Assembly: GCA_963804165.1 (NCBI GenBank)
Contig: CAWDPO010000040.1
Span: 96,001-160,000, forward strand
Direction: 5' to 3'
Origin: an uncultured delta proteobacterium
Lineage (GTDB): Bacteria > Desulfobacterota > Binatia > UBA9968
DNA length: 64,000 bases
Made by a program: the position numbers and the translations under genes. This document shows positions 20,959 to 31,718 of the stretch, in pieces; the first letter of the stretch is position 1; the number at the start of each line of letters is the position of its first letter. The notes below the pieces were generated by a model that searched no databases, had not been told where the DNA came from, and worked only from the letters and a program-made list of their open reading frames with translations.

Positions 20959-21711
20959 ATGAAAACGCGGATTTCACTTTTGAGTGTGATCATAGCTGGA
21001 ATGGCATTGACTGTTTCGTTCGCGACGGCTACTCACGCCGCCGAGCGAGACCAACGCAAAGATAATAGTAATCGCTATAGCGATCGGGATCGGATGAAAA
21101 CGGCGAAAGATGCTGAAGACAAATTGGAACAAGCGTTAAAAACCGGCGAAACCAAGGATTTCTATCGTCGCGAAATCGAAAAGATGGGTTGGCAAATCAC
21201 TGCTGTGAACTACGACAAGCCTGACTACCTCGAGTACGAAATCGTCAAAGGCGATGATTCGTATGAAGTACAAATTGACTTCGACAAAAACAGCGCCAAA
21301 GCAACGAAAGTCGACGTGGCCACGAATATCTGGAGAACCGACGCCACCGAACGGGCGTTGAAGGACCGGAAAAAAGTTACCTATCCAAGCCGCACGACGA
21401 CGAATCCGGAGCGCTATAGTGATCGGGATCGTATGAAAACCGCAAAGGATTCCGAGGACAAATTGGAACAAGCGTTAAAAACCGGCGAAACCAAGGATTT
21501 CTATCGTCGCGAAATCGAAAAGATGGGTTGGAAAGTGACTTCGGTGAATTACGATAAGCCGGACTATGTCGAGTATGAGATTGTCAAAGGTGATCAGTCT
21601 TACGAGGTGCAGATCGACATCGATAAGAACAGCCGTAAGGCGACCAAGGTCGACGTTACCATGAACGCGTGGAAAACCGACGCGACCAAACAGGCGCTCA
21701 AGCAGAAATGA
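20959..21711 (+). CDS. Secreted protein with two tandem PepSY-like repeats
   Basis: Signal peptide; 113-aa repeat (GWQITAVNYDKPDYLEYEIVKGDDSYEVQID); a ~72-nt stretch is identical between the copies (21121 and 21460). Confidence 0.8.
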   Translation: MKTRISLLSVIIAGMALTVSFATATHAAERDQRKDNSNRYSDRDRMKTAKDAEDKLEQALKTGETKDFYRREIEKMGWQITAVNYDKPDYLEYEIVKGDDSYEVQIDFDKNSAKATKVDVATNIWRTDATERALKDRKKVTYPSRTTTNPERYSDRDRMKTAKDSEDKLEQALKTGETKDFYRREIEKMGWKVTSVNYDKPDYVEYEIVKGDQSYEVQIDIDKNSRKATKVDVTMNAWKTDATKQALKQK

Positions 21712-21796
21712 ATCGCACGCACGGCGCTAACTCCAAGTTCGGAGGAAGCCGGGCTTAAACAGACGTCAAACAGACAAGGAAATGGAGGATCGTCCG

Positions 21797-21880
21797 ATGG
21801 TACCTGGATTTATACTATGGCTGCTGGGAGTTCCGCTTAGTTTAGTGTTGCTGCTCTGGTTATTCGGAGTTTTCAGTTGA
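21797..21880 (+). CDS. 27-aa membrane microprotein (MVPGFILWLLGVPLSLVLLLWLFGVFS)
   Basis: GGAGGA RBS; hydrophobic; shares LWLLGxP with 33796-33918. Confidence 0.65.
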   Translation: MVPGFILWLLGVPLSLVLLLWLFGVFS

Positions 21881-21984
21881 GGGATTAACAGCCGCTGCAA
21901 GCGGTCAAGGGTCACTGGGTAGGTGTTCGTCATCGTCCGGGATACGAACTCCTCCAGTGACCGCATGAAAAAGAGAGGTGATTT

Positions 21985-22149
21985 ATGAATTGTCGTAAAA
22001 AGATCTTTTCAGTACTGATCTTAGCTTGTTCGCTGGCCGGTATTCTTAACGCGTTCGCCTGCAATACGGTTCGCGGGTTGGGAGAAGACATTGAGCGTGG
22101 AGGAGAAAAAACTCAGGATGCCGCGGAAAGAGTGAAAAGACGGTTGTAG
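21985..22149 (+). CDS. Entericidin A/B family lipoprotein
   Basis: Hand-translated MNCRKKIFSVLILACSLAGILNAFACNTVRGLGEDIERGGEKTQDAAERVKRRL; ACNTxxGxGEDI signature; GAGAGGTG RBS. Confidence 0.85.
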   Translation: MNCRKKIFSVLILACSLAGILNAFACNTVRGLGEDIERGGEKTQDAAERVKRRL

Positions 22150-22336
22150 GAACGGCGCAATCAAATATGAATGATGGTCGCGGCGAAGAGCCTTAACAGC
22201 GCCGCGTTGCGTCTGCCCCATCGCTACTCCGGAGTTTATACAATGGCGATCTCGGCGATCTGTTTGTTTGGCCGAGAGGCTTGAGACCTACCGTTTTTAT
22301 TCTTGACTTTAGTCAGCGGTGGATTAAATTCACGCC

Positions 22337-22590
22337 GTGAAGATCTTGATTGAAATGTCCCCAGAGGATTACGAGCTTTTTGTAGCCGAATGCGATATCA
22401 CCTCCGCGGGTATACCATTCTGAAGAATGGCATTGTCGCTTTGGATCAAAGTGAGGGTCGCGACAGGGAAACTATCGAGATCCTTTGCGACAAAGATGAA
22501 GCGGTCCTGCTCTTCGACGCCGCAAACCGGCTTTACCCCCAAGCCGCTCCTGCTATCGCGAACGGAATTGCCCGCGCGGGCGAGTCTTAG
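22337..22590 (+). CDS. Uncharacterised ~85-aa protein (family paralog 2), frameshifted at ~22410
   Basis: VKILIEMSPEDYELFVAECDITS, then in the shifted frame YTILKNG...IEILCDKDEAVLLFDAANRLYPQAAPAIA. Confidence 0.65.
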
Positions 22591-22683
22591 ACTGGTCGTT
22601 TCGCTCATTTTCCCTTCTTCGCGCCAAGCTCGCCGCCTGAGGCACAGCCATTCTTGGCCTGTCATTTGCTGTAAACACGTTCG

Positions 22684-23853
22684 ATGACACGAAATCTGCC
22701 CGAACGGCTTATACGTGTAAACACCTCACCGAATCATGCGGTTAGGATTTCGGGTTTGCGATACACGACTGACAAGATTCCGGGAATCGCGCGGCGAAGA
22801 AAAGCCAAGGATTTTTGCTTCTACAGTCCGAAAGGGCGGCAAATACGCAACGCCGTTGAATTGCGCAGGATAAAATCGTTGGCTGTTCCTCCGGCATGGA
22901 CGAACGTATGGATCAGTCCTTATTCCAACAGCCATTTACAGGCGACCGGAAGAGATGCCAGAGGGCGGAAACAATTTCGCTATCATCCCCGTTGGCGTGA
23001 AGTACGTGATCAGAACAAATATGATCGTTTGATGCTGTTCGGTCGGGTTCTACCTAAATTGCGCACGGCTGTGGCTAAGGATTTAGGTTTGCCGGGATTG
23101 CCGCGCGCCAAAGTCATGGCAACGATAGTTAAACTCCTGGAAACGACGTTTATCCGAATCGGGAATGATGAGTACGCCCGTGAAAACCAATCCTTCGGAT
23201 TGACGACGCTGCGCAATAAGCACGTTAAGATCAGCGGATCGAAGATCCGATTTCGCTTTCGCGGCAAGAGCGGGATCACCCGCGATACGGATCTCAGCGA
23301 TCGAAAACTGGCGCAAATTGTCAGACGGTGCCAAGAACTCCCGGGGCAAGAACTTTTTCAGTATCTTGACGATGACGGCGAACCGCACGCGATTAATTCC
23401 AGCGATGTTAATGATTATCTCCGGGCAGTGGCGGGAATCGATTTGACAGCAAAGGACTTTCGTACCTGGGCGGGTACCGTACTGGCCGCACGCGCGTTTG
23501 CCGAGCTAGATTCTTTTAGTTCAAGGACCGAGGCTAAGCGAAACGTGGTCAAGGCTATTGAGAATGTCGCAAAAAGCCTAGGCAGGGAAGGGGGGGAGGA
23601 AGGGGGGAAGGAGGAGGAAAGAGAGGGGGGAGAGGGGAGACGAGAGAGAGACACACGGGCGGTTTGCCAGAAGTGCTATATCCACCCTGCAATTGTAAAT
23701 TCGTATCTCGATGGCTGCTTAGCCAAGAGTTTAAGCCGCCGAACACAGCAGCTGGTGGCCGCCGCGCCCAGTTCTTTAAGGCCTGATGAGGCTATGGTGA
23801 TGAGAGTTCTCGGCCAGAGCTTGAAGACCGACTCTGCTAAAAAGGTCGCATAA
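22684..23853 (+). CDS. Bacterial DNA topoisomerase IB with purine-rich in-frame insertion
   Basis: PPAWTNVWI, GRDARGRKQFRYH, IRIGNDEYA, FRGKSG, AKDFRTW and YIHP (catalytic Tyr) motifs. Confidence 0.92.
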   Translation: MTRNLPERLIRVNTSPNHAVRISGLRYTTDKIPGIARRRKAKDFCFYSPKGRQIRNAVELRRIKSLAVPPAWTNVWISPYSNSHLQATGRDARGRKQFRYHPRWREVRDQNKYDRLMLFGRVLPKLRTAVAKDLGLPGLPRAKVMATIVKLLETTFIRIGNDEYARENQSFGLTTLRNKHVKISGSKIRFRFRGKSGITRDTDLSDRKLAQIVRRCQELPGQELFQYLDDDGEPHAINSSDVNDYLRAVAGIDLTAKDFRTWAGTVLAARAFAELDSFSSRTEAKRNVVKAIENVAKSLGREGGEEGGKEEEREGGEGRRERDTRAVCQKCYIHPAIVNSYLDGCLAKSLSRRTQQLVAAAPSSLRPDEAMVMRVLGQSLKTDSAKKVA

Positions 23854-24395
23854 AGTGGCTGACCGAGGGCAGTGTTTTGGAAGCGAACGCACGGCGGGAA
23901 GGCCTATGCTCCGGCGAATAGGCGAGGGCGGCTAGTTTGTTCAGGAAAGTGCTGAACAGAAATTAAACCGGCGCGAGATCCTTTCCAGTTCGTCGTCTGA
24001 GTTCAGGATACTTTTTTCTTGGCGTCGTTTCTTTTGTTGCGCATTAGTTATCCTTCAATCGGAAGTTGACGAATACTCGTGTTTGCGAGCTCTGTTCCGG
24101 GCCGTGTTTTCCCGGGATGGAAGAGTAAGCCTTCCGATAGCCTTACCGTCACTCCACCACAAAGGCGTCCTGACCCCCAGGGTGCCTTTTTTCGTTTTTG
24201 CGTTGCAGTTCTGTGATTCACATTCGGTTAGGCTTATGGGCATCGTCACGACGGAATGTGCGGACTGTCTGGTGTCCGTCATTCGCCTAATTCCTGCTTT
24301 CGGTTGTACGCAAAACCACGTCGAATTGCTGTCGGGCGATGGGCCGCCCGGCGAAAAACCTATCGAGCTCGCTGAAAACGAAGGCGTACAGTCTT

Positions 24396-24410
24396 TGGCA
24401 TGTTGGTTGC
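24396..24410 (+). promoter_or_regulatory. sigma54 promoter (TGGCATGTTGGTTGC)
   Basis: Consensus, ~90 bp upstream of the PG-binding gene. Confidence 0.75.
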
Positions 24411-24500
24411 TCCCTATCATGGAGTAACTTTTGATCTCTGGGGATCTTTTGAAAATCGCCAGAACACTACACGAACATCAAATCTAAAAGGAGGAAATCT

Positions 24501-25085
24501 ATGAAGCCAAAGATTTTGTTACTTTCCGGATCGATTTTGACTGCGGCGTGGATGACCAGCGGTGTCGCGTTTGCGCAGCCTTCAGGAGCCACCAAACCAG
24601 AAAAGATCAATCCGGACGTATCCGGACCCGGAGCATCGAAGGGCGGATCGCAATCAGAACGCACCGGAGAAACTGGAGTGCCGTTACCCAAAGGCAGTCC
24701 GCAAGCCGGAACTGTAGAAATGGGTAAAAGCAAAACGAGTAGCTCCGACATGAGCACCACAGAGAAACGTGGCGCGTCGGGGAACGTCAAAGAGGTCCAG
24801 CAGGCGCTTAAAGATAAGGGCTATGATCCTGGTCCAATCGACGGCGCAATGGGCGCGCGTACAAAGGAAGCGCTCAAGTCTTTTCAGACCGCGAGTAATC
24901 TTCGACCCACTGGTACGCTCAACGCTGAAACTGCAGAGAAGCTCGGCGTCCAATCCAGCAGTTCGACAAGTTCGAGTCGATCCAGCACCGGACCGGCAGC
25001 GTCCCGCGACAAAATGAAGTCCGGCGATACGAGCGTGGGCAAAGACACCGACCAGCCGAATCAAACGCCGTCAAAAATGAAGTAA
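24501..25085 (+). CDS. Secreted peptidoglycan-binding (PG_binding_1) protein
   Basis: Signal peptide; VKEVQQALKDKGYDPGPIDGAMGARTKEALKSFQ...TGTL; AAGGAGG RBS. Confidence 0.88.
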   Translation: MKPKILLLSGSILTAAWMTSGVAFAQPSGATKPEKINPDVSGPGASKGGSQSERTGETGVPLPKGSPQAGTVEMGKSKTSSSDMSTTEKRGASGNVKEVQQALKDKGYDPGPIDGAMGARTKEALKSFQTASNLRPTGTLNAETAEKLGVQSSSSTSSSRSSTGPAASRDKMKSGDTSVGKDTDQPNQTPSKMK

Positions 25086-25752
25086 ACAGGACAAGCGAAA
25101 TCTGATCAGGTCACCGCCGCGGTCAGACGCCGCGCGGTGGCTTGGTCGTGATGTAATGGCGCGCTACTTCGTTTGTTCATTTTGTACGGATCATTGGACG
25201 GTCGGTGAGTTTGTGGATCCAATGGTGTGGATGACGGGACTTAACTTAACTATTATAGATGTACCGCGCCTCGCGGCGGAATCTTCATATGGGTAAAGCG
25301 ATTCATTCCAGGTGAGGCAATCGTCAACCATCCCAAGCCAGTCGCTCTTCACGGTCGCGGCGGAAGGATAGACGACCTAACAATTTCCTTCCTGACGCGT
25401 CACAAACAGAGACAGTTGCGCCTGGATTCCTGCCAGGAAAGTGCCGGGCAGCACGAACCGTGGCGTTCTAAGTGATACGGAATTGAGTTGCTAGAGAAGC
25501 GGTACAAAGACGCTTTGGCTCAATTAGCGCCGTCCACCACGATTGTTTGGACGGTGCAGGGATCTCGTGAGCAAGTGCGTCCGAGAGGTGCTGTCGGTAA
25601 AGCTTCATCCCGGTTATCGCGCTGTCCGGGCCGGAAAAACTAGGTCCACGGAGGCGGCCAGTTCCGTCGTCCTCTGTGCATCAGATGATGGCGCAGCTGC
25701 TGCACTTGAAGACTCACTGAGCATCAACGCTTGCGGTTAAACTGCCGCGGCA

Positions 25753-26049
25753 TTATGGAATATCTGCCTCACTTATGTTTCCTATCGATTCCCCGCATTG
25801 GCCTCGCAAGAACTCACATATCTTCTCGCAGCATTCCTCATTGTCGAATTCAAGGGTTCCAATGTAGCGGCTATCAGCGAACTGAATAATCGCAAAGCAT
25901 TGCGTTGTCCCGACAGTTGAACGATGTACTTCTTCTAGAATTGCTGCTTGTTCATCCTGAAGATCCCCTAGGCCGGATATACGAGTCCACACCGGAGGCC
26001 AATTAGGAACGCCCCGATAAACCATGCATGGATGTGTTCGTAACTGCAT
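25753..26049 (-). CDS. Hypothetical protein (LRxHP...YRGxxNWPPVW family)
   Basis: Compact 98-aa ORF with a conserved-looking NWPPVW motif. Confidence 0.55.
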   Translation of the reverse strand: MQLRTHPCMVYRGVPNWPPVWTRISGLGDLQDEQAAILEEVHRSTVGTTQCFAIIQFADSRYIGTLEFDNEECCEKICEFLRGQCGESIGNISEADIP

Positions 26050-26780
26050 AAAACCCCACCAATCGCGCTCGTGACCTGGAGTTGGAAAAAAGCTTACAGC
26101 TGCTGCGGTAAGCCGCGGCGGGACAAAGAATAGAATGAGTGACGAACCGATAGGCTAAATCAGTAAGATATGATTCAGCCAACAGAGCCGAAACTGTCTG
26201 TGGAACGTACTGACCAGCCAAACGGTAGGGGAAGGCAAAATGGGGGTGGGAAAATCGATGCTAATAGAATGTTGGCCGTGTCTCGATTGATAAATAGGAA
26301 TGGCAGTTTTTATGGTAGAAGCTGAATAAGTGGGTTGAGTGAGAAGACGGGGATCATCTGCCAAGAATTCTGACAGTCCTATGCAGCAGCTAACTATGAG
26401 TAGCGCCGCTAGGAGCCTTCTGCACATGCGAAAATCCTTCTATAAATTCCCTTATTTTGTCAAGAGGTCATTTTCACACGGGCGCTATGTAGGACGGTGG
26501 ACCACATGCGAACGGGAGCGGTCTGAAGGGCATCGAAGCGGTGCTATCCGTCGATTGAATCGGGTCAGCAAAATCTTCCCGCAAACTAGCGTCGCTTCGT
26601 TTTTTGTCGCTTCAGCAGGATGTGTCCATCGGATAGGGTCGAAACAGCTTCCCACCCCTGCTCTCCGAGCTTATTTAGTTCATCGAGCAGCAAGTCCCCT
26701 CTTGTGAAAGTCGTTAGACGATAAGCCCACTTCATTCTCACATCCTCGTCAGGAACTTCTTTACAGGATTTTATATCGTG

Positions 26781-27347
26781 CTACCTGCTAAATTCCGACG
26801 GTTGACCCCAAGCTGCACCGAGCCACCCTACCAGCCAGACGATCGCCACGATAATTCCGAACCCGATCAATAGGACGGCGGAAATTATCCCTGCCACGAA
26901 GAGCCAGTCCTCCAGGTCGGCGCGGCGGGCTTCGCTTCCGGCATAGCGCTCGAGCAGCTCGGCGTTTTTGGCGTTACTCCGAAACCAAATGGAGAAAATG
27001 TCACCGAAGACGGGAATGGCGCCGATCAGTGCATTTGAGGCAAGATTCAGACCCATGCGAATCAGTACAATTTTGGGGACATTCAGTTGAACCGCGATAA
27101 CGAGAATCGCCGATCCCGCGATATTCGCGAGGGCATCGCCGATCCCGGGGATCAATCCCAAGATGGGATCCAGTCCGACTCGTATGGATGTGCCCGGAAT
27201 CGTGAACTGCTGGTCCAGTAGATGAGCGAGGAACCTGACAAAATGAAGGCGGCTGGCATTGGCAGATCGCGGCAGTGCTCTCGCCGTCCGCGCGCCACCG
27301 TTTGTTTCAGATCGCATGCTCATTCTAAATGTTTCCCGGCTGCGCAC
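26781..27347 (-). CDS. DUF4112 membrane protein
   Basis: LLD..FTIPGT.IRVGLDPILGLIPGIGD...GAIPVFGDIF..WFRSN.KN signature. Confidence 0.88.
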   Translation of the reverse strand: MRSRETFRMSMRSETNGGARTARALPRSANASRLHFVRFLAHLLDQQFTIPGTSIRVGLDPILGLIPGIGDALANIAGSAILVIAVQLNVPKIVLIRMGLNLASNALIGAIPVFGDIFSIWFRSNAKNAELLERYAGSEARRADLEDWLFVAGIISAVLLIGFGIIVAIVWLVGWLGAAWGQPSEFSR

Positions 27348-27510
27348 GCTCTACATGCGACCCGAAAAAATCTCGCGGCAAACCTTGGACGATGAAACTG
27401 CCATATCCTTTGCATAAGGTATCACGATGGTTCGGTCACACACGCCAGGAAAGCGCTACGCCAATCTTGATGTGGCTCAAGTAGAAAATGAAAAAGCAAT
27501 GAGCTGGGTG

Positions 27511-27681
27511 TTATTCTTCCGCAGTGGCTTCTAGAATCTGATTTTCCGTTGCTTGCAGCCAGACTTCTTGACCGTTTTTGAGCTTCACAGGCGTGAAGCC
27601 GGCTTTGTCTCCCGGCAATATTTTTTCGAAATTCTGAAAATTTATTTCTACTTGGTCACCTTTGTCGTTTTCAAATTTCAT
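27511..27681 (-). CDS. 56-aa hypothetical microprotein (MKFENDKGDQVEINF...)
   Basis: Hand-translated open frame with globular-like composition; below the ORF-track cutoff. Confidence 0.45.
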   Translation of the reverse strand: MKFENDKGDQVEINFQNFEKILPGDKAGFTPVKLKNGQEVWLQATENQILEATAEE

Positions 27682-27861
27682 AGATCATAAATAGCATGCG
27701 GAGGGCCGTGGTGTAAGGTACACCAGAATCAAATAAGCCGATGGCTTCCTTTATTAACCGTGGTTTGGCTTGCCCAAGTTGCCATACACGCCTGCCGACA
27801 TGGTCGAAATGCTCGAGTCGATAGTGAGTCCTGTTACTGTTTTCTCGGGAATGGGCGCGGG

Positions 27862-29511
27862 TTATGTGCTGCCTTCCGTTAGGCGAACCAGCAGTCCTTC
27901 TTCTGCACGAAGTTCGAGTTCACCTCGTACAAAGTCGCCCGAGCGATCCATATGCGTAGAGAGCGCAATCCTTCCCTCAGACGCCTTGTTTGAAAAATTA
28001 ATAACCTGCGGCTGGGACCCCAGATTGAGTGCGACTAGAAATGCGCTCTCCTGATCACGGCGAACATAGGTGAGTAGATCCCCATCGGCTTCCATCGGTT
28101 CGAATTGTCCCACTTCGAGCGCGGACTCGCCGCGGCGAACTTTGATGAGGTGGTTGTAAAGCGTGAGCATCGAGGCCGGATCATCGCGCTCTGCTTCGAC
28201 GTTCACCTCGCTGCAGTCCTCAGCAATCGGCAGCCAGGGTTCGCCCTCGGTAAATCCGGCGTTCTTTGCCGCGCTCCACTGCATGGGAGTTCGCTGTGGA
28301 TCGCGACCCAGACCCTGACCCGGAACATTTTTCTCGAACGGGTCCTGCACCTTCTCCAAAGGAATCCTCGCGTCACGCATGCCGATTTCATCGCCATAGT
28401 AAAGCGTCGGCGTGCCTCGCAGGGTGAGAAGCAGCATCGCCGCCACCCGCGCCTGTGCCGGACCAACCCGGGATGCAATGCGCGACCGGTCGTGGTTTCC
28501 GAGAACCCAGTTCGGCCATCCATGCTGCGGCAGTGCCGCCTCGTATTCCCCGATGATGCGAGCGATATCACGAGCCTGCCACTTCGCGAGGAGAAGCTGA
28601 AAGTTAAAAGGGATGTGGACACCGCCAAGATCTGCGCCATAGTATTGTACGAGCCGCTCGACGGGCAGATAAATTTCGCCGATCAGCACCCGATCTTGGT
28701 ACTGGTTGACCAGGTGGCGCATGCGCGCAATCACCCCGTGCACATCCGATTGATCCGTGGTGTAGAGCGGAATCAGCTTTTGATAAGGATCGGTGCCCTC
28801 GCGCCAGCTCGGGTTGGGAGGATTATCGCGAAATTGATCGTCTTCGATTAAATGCCAGAGAACATCCACCCGAAAACCGTCGACACCGCGTTCCAGCCAG
28901 AAGCGCAAAACGTTGAGCATCTCCTCAACAACTTCGGGATTGCGCCAGTTGAGGTCGGGTTGTTCGCGAAGGAAGGCATGGTAGTAGTATTGCTCTGTGG
29001 GCGCGTCGTATTCCCAAGCGCTTCCACCAAAGCACGATAGCCAGTTGTTCGGCGGCCTACCACCGGCGCCGGGGTCGCGCCAGATGTACCAGTTGCGCTT
29101 GGGGTTGTCGCGCGACGATCGCGATTCAACAAACCACGGATGTTGGTCGGAACTGTGATTAGGGACAAAATCGAGGATGACCTTGAGGTCGCGCGCATGC
29201 GCCTCTCCGATCAGTCGATCGAAATCAGCGAGCGTGCCGAACAACAGATGGATCGCGTTATAGTCCGCCACATCGTAGCCGAAGTCCTTCATCGGCGACG
29301 GGTAAATAGGCGAGATCCAAACGGCGTCGACGCCGAGCCAGCGAAGATAATCCAGCCGTGAGATCAAGCCCGTGAGGTCGCCCACACCGTCGCCATTGCT
29401 GTCCATGAATGAGCGCGGATAGACTTGATAGATAATTCCCCGCTGCCACCAAAGGTACGTCGTCGCTCTTTTTAAGGTGTCCCGGGTTTCCTCGATTCGG
29501 TGATTGGCCAT
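27862..29511 (-). CDS. GH13 alpha-glucosidase / oligo-1,6-glucosidase
   Basis: YQVYPRSFMDSNGDGVGDL, DFVPNH, DGFRVD, GEIY, GNHD, RDPQRTPMQW. Confidence 0.92.
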   Translation of the reverse strand: MANHRIEETRDTLKRATTYLWWQRGIIYQVYPRSFMDSNGDGVGDLTGLISRLDYLRWLGVDAVWISPIYPSPMKDFGYDVADYNAIHLLFGTLADFDRLIGEAHARDLKVILDFVPNHSSDQHPWFVESRSSRDNPKRNWYIWRDPGAGGRPPNNWLSCFGGSAWEYDAPTEQYYYHAFLREQPDLNWRNPEVVEEMLNVLRFWLERGVDGFRVDVLWHLIEDDQFRDNPPNPSWREGTDPYQKLIPLYTTDQSDVHGVIARMRHLVNQYQDRVLIGEIYLPVERLVQYYGADLGGVHIPFNFQLLLAKWQARDIARIIGEYEAALPQHGWPNWVLGNHDRSRIASRVGPAQARVAAMLLLTLRGTPTLYYGDEIGMRDARIPLEKVQDPFEKNVPGQGLGRDPQRTPMQWSAAKNAGFTEGEPWLPIAEDCSEVNVEAERDDPASMLTLYNHLIKVRRGESALEVGQFEPMEADGDLLTYVRRDQESAFLVALNLGSQPQVINFSNKASEGRIALSTHMDRSGDFVRGELELRAEEGLLVRLTEGST

Positions 29512-29551
29512 GGGTGCCGTCCGAGATCTGATTTGGTAAATTCAGTTCGTT

Positions 29552-31498
29552 TCAACTGCCTAAATCCAAGGATGGGAATAATACAACGGCGGCGTGCCCC
29601 GGGATACGCCATCCCTCATCGGTTTCCACCGGTGGGGTGCCAGAGCCGCCGTAGCGGGAATTCTCGCTCGACCAAAGGATTTCCCAGCGCCGTTTTTCAG
29701 GCGGCGCCAGCAGCGGCTCAGGGGCTGTTTGCAGATGTAAGTCGGCTCCTAGATTCACCAGCAAGAGCCGATCGCCGCTTGTTTCATTGAAAAAGCGAAT
29801 CAGGAATGCCTCAGGACCGAGCACCGCGCCGTCCAGAGTAACTGTATGCTGGCCGCTGAAAGCTGCATCTTCCTTGCGCAGGCGCAGAAGATCGCAATGC
29901 AGCGCGAACACGTCGGCGTGACGCTCACGCTCAATTAGATCGAGCTTGCATCGCTCGAACGTTTCGCGATCGCCCGGGTCAGGAAGGTTCTGCTGCATTT
30001 CGGCCGTCGCTAAACTGCGAAACTGATTTAAAAATTCGGCCCGTCCTTGGCGCACTGCGGCCGCGAGTTCGGGCTGATGGTCCGCAAAAAAGAGAAAGGG
30101 ATTCGATGCTGCGAACTCCTGTCCCTGGAAAAGCATGGGTGTGCCGGGAGCGAGCAGCATCAAAGCTGTTATAGCTCGGTAGCGGCCTGGACTCGTCAGC
30201 CGATGGAGACGAAGTCCCAAGCCGGAATTAGCGATCTGATCGTGATTTTGGATGAAGTTGATAAAACCTGCCGATGGGGTTCCGACAGCGGGCGTGCCGC
30301 GCCGCTGTTTCTGCCAGCTATAGTGTTGCCCTTGATATAGATAACCCCATTTGACGGCGGAAACGAACTCCTGAGGAGAGCCACGATAGTCCGTGTAATA
30401 GGCCTCGTTCCGTCCTGTCATGGCGACGACGGCGGTGTGATGGAAGTCATCATTCCAGAGCGCGTCCATACCATAGCCGTCCTGTTCCACAGGCCGGATG
30501 AGCTTCACGTGCTGGGGCTCGTTTTCCGCGACGATAATTATCTGCCGCCCATGCGCGACTTGGCGCGCATGGCGGGTGACCTCCGCGAGCACGTGCGGCG
30601 AAGTCGCATCGAAAATCTGCTGCGTGGCGTCGAGCCGGAGACCGTCAATGTGAAATTCGTCGATCCAGTAGCCGGCATTGGCGATGATGAACTCGCGCAC
30701 CGGTCCGGAATTTTTTCCGTCGAAATTGATCGGCCTGCCCCATTCGTTTTCATAGCGATCGGTGAAGTAGTCGTCTGAGAATTCCGTGAAATAGGCGCCG
30801 TCCGAGCCGAAGTGGTTATAGACGACATCAAGGATCACTGCGAGTCCCGTGCGATGCGCACGATCGACGAAACGGCGAAAGTCCTCCGGCGTGCCATATA
30901 ACCGCGTCGGCGCGTACAGAGCTACACCGTCGTATCCCCAGCCAAAGGAGCCGGTAAAATCGGCGACCGGCATGACCTCCAAGACGGTAATTCCCAACCC
31001 GGCGAGGCTTTCCAACTCGCGAGCGGCTGCCTCCCAGGTTCCTTGCCGCGTAAACGTTCCGATATGCATTTCGTAGATGACCTGCCCCTCGAGATGAATC
31101 CCGCGCCAATGATGGTCGGTCCACTCAAAGTCCCCTGGATCGACGATTTGCGATGAGCCATGTGGCCCATCGGGCTGAAAACGGGAGGCCGGGTCCGGAT
31201 ATGCGTTTGCACCATCCAGACGATATCGATAGAGCATTCCCGGCGCCGCATCGAATACCAGCCCGGAAAAATACCCCGCACCGTCCGGCTCGAGGTTATA
31301 AGCAGCTGCGGAATGCACGCCGCCAGCAGGCTCCAGCAGGACCTCCACTCGATTTCGGCGTGGCGCCCAGACCCGGAAATGGACTCCGCCCCCAGCCTGA
31401 AGCTCTGCGCCCACCGGCAAGCGCCGGAATTCGGCTTTATCATTTTTCATGGGAACATTTCCGAAATCTTTCCCGACAGCTGATTCGTGAAACCTCAT
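29552..31498 (-). CDS. treZ: Malto-oligosyltrehalose trehalohydrolase
   Basis: FRVWAP, PDPASRFQPDGPHG, YEMHIGTFT, WGYDG, DVVYNH, DGLRLDA, WNDDFHH, QNHDQ. Confidence 0.92.
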   Translation of the reverse strand: MRFHESAVGKDFGNVPMKNDKAEFRRLPVGAELQAGGGVHFRVWAPRRNRVEVLLEPAGGVHSAAAYNLEPDGAGYFSGLVFDAAPGMLYRYRLDGANAYPDPASRFQPDGPHGSSQIVDPGDFEWTDHHWRGIHLEGQVIYEMHIGTFTRQGTWEAAARELESLAGLGITVLEVMPVADFTGSFGWGYDGVALYAPTRLYGTPEDFRRFVDRAHRTGLAVILDVVYNHFGSDGAYFTEFSDDYFTDRYENEWGRPINFDGKNSGPVREFIIANAGYWIDEFHIDGLRLDATQQIFDATSPHVLAEVTRHARQVAHGRQIIIVAENEPQHVKLIRPVEQDGYGMDALWNDDFHHTAVVAMTGRNEAYYTDYRGSPQEFVSAVKWGYLYQGQHYSWQKQRRGTPAVGTPSAGFINFIQNHDQIANSGLGLRLHRLTSPGRYRAITALMLLAPGTPMLFQGQEFAASNPFLFFADHQPELAAAVRQGRAEFLNQFRSLATAEMQQNLPDPGDRETFERCKLDLIERERHADVFALHCDLLRLRKEDAAFSGQHTVTLDGAVLGPEAFLIRFFNETSGDRLLLVNLGADLHLQTAPEPLLAPPEKRRWEILWSSENSRYGGSGTPPVETDEGWRIPGHAAVVLFPSLDLGS

Positions 31499-31510
31499 CT
31501 ATATCCAAAG

Positions 31511-31685
31511 CTAGAAGCAAGAGCCGTAACGCTCTACGTATTTAGGATCAGCGAACATGCGCGAATTACACAAGTGCTGTTCGTTCTCGCGGCGGTACTC
31601 TTCCCACCTTGTCATGTCATAAACTCCGCCGGTAAACTCTTCGACTCGAATCCCTCTACTATATGTTTGCAGCTTTAACTGACAT
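31511..31685 (-). pseudogene. Degenerate or frameshifted small protein at the head of the treZ operon
   Basis: AAGGAG RBS and ATG at 31685, but the frame stops early; another frame gives GGVYDMTRWEEYRRENE...ADPKYVERYGSCF. Confidence 0.4.
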
Positions 31686-31718
31686 GCACTGTCTCCTTTC
31701 CTTCCCGCACCGTAAAGA

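Noticed and set aside
21073-21700. Repeat that might be a CRISPR or DNA array
   Set aside because: Two in-frame protein domain repeats at 339-nt offset; no spacer structure and no cas genes.
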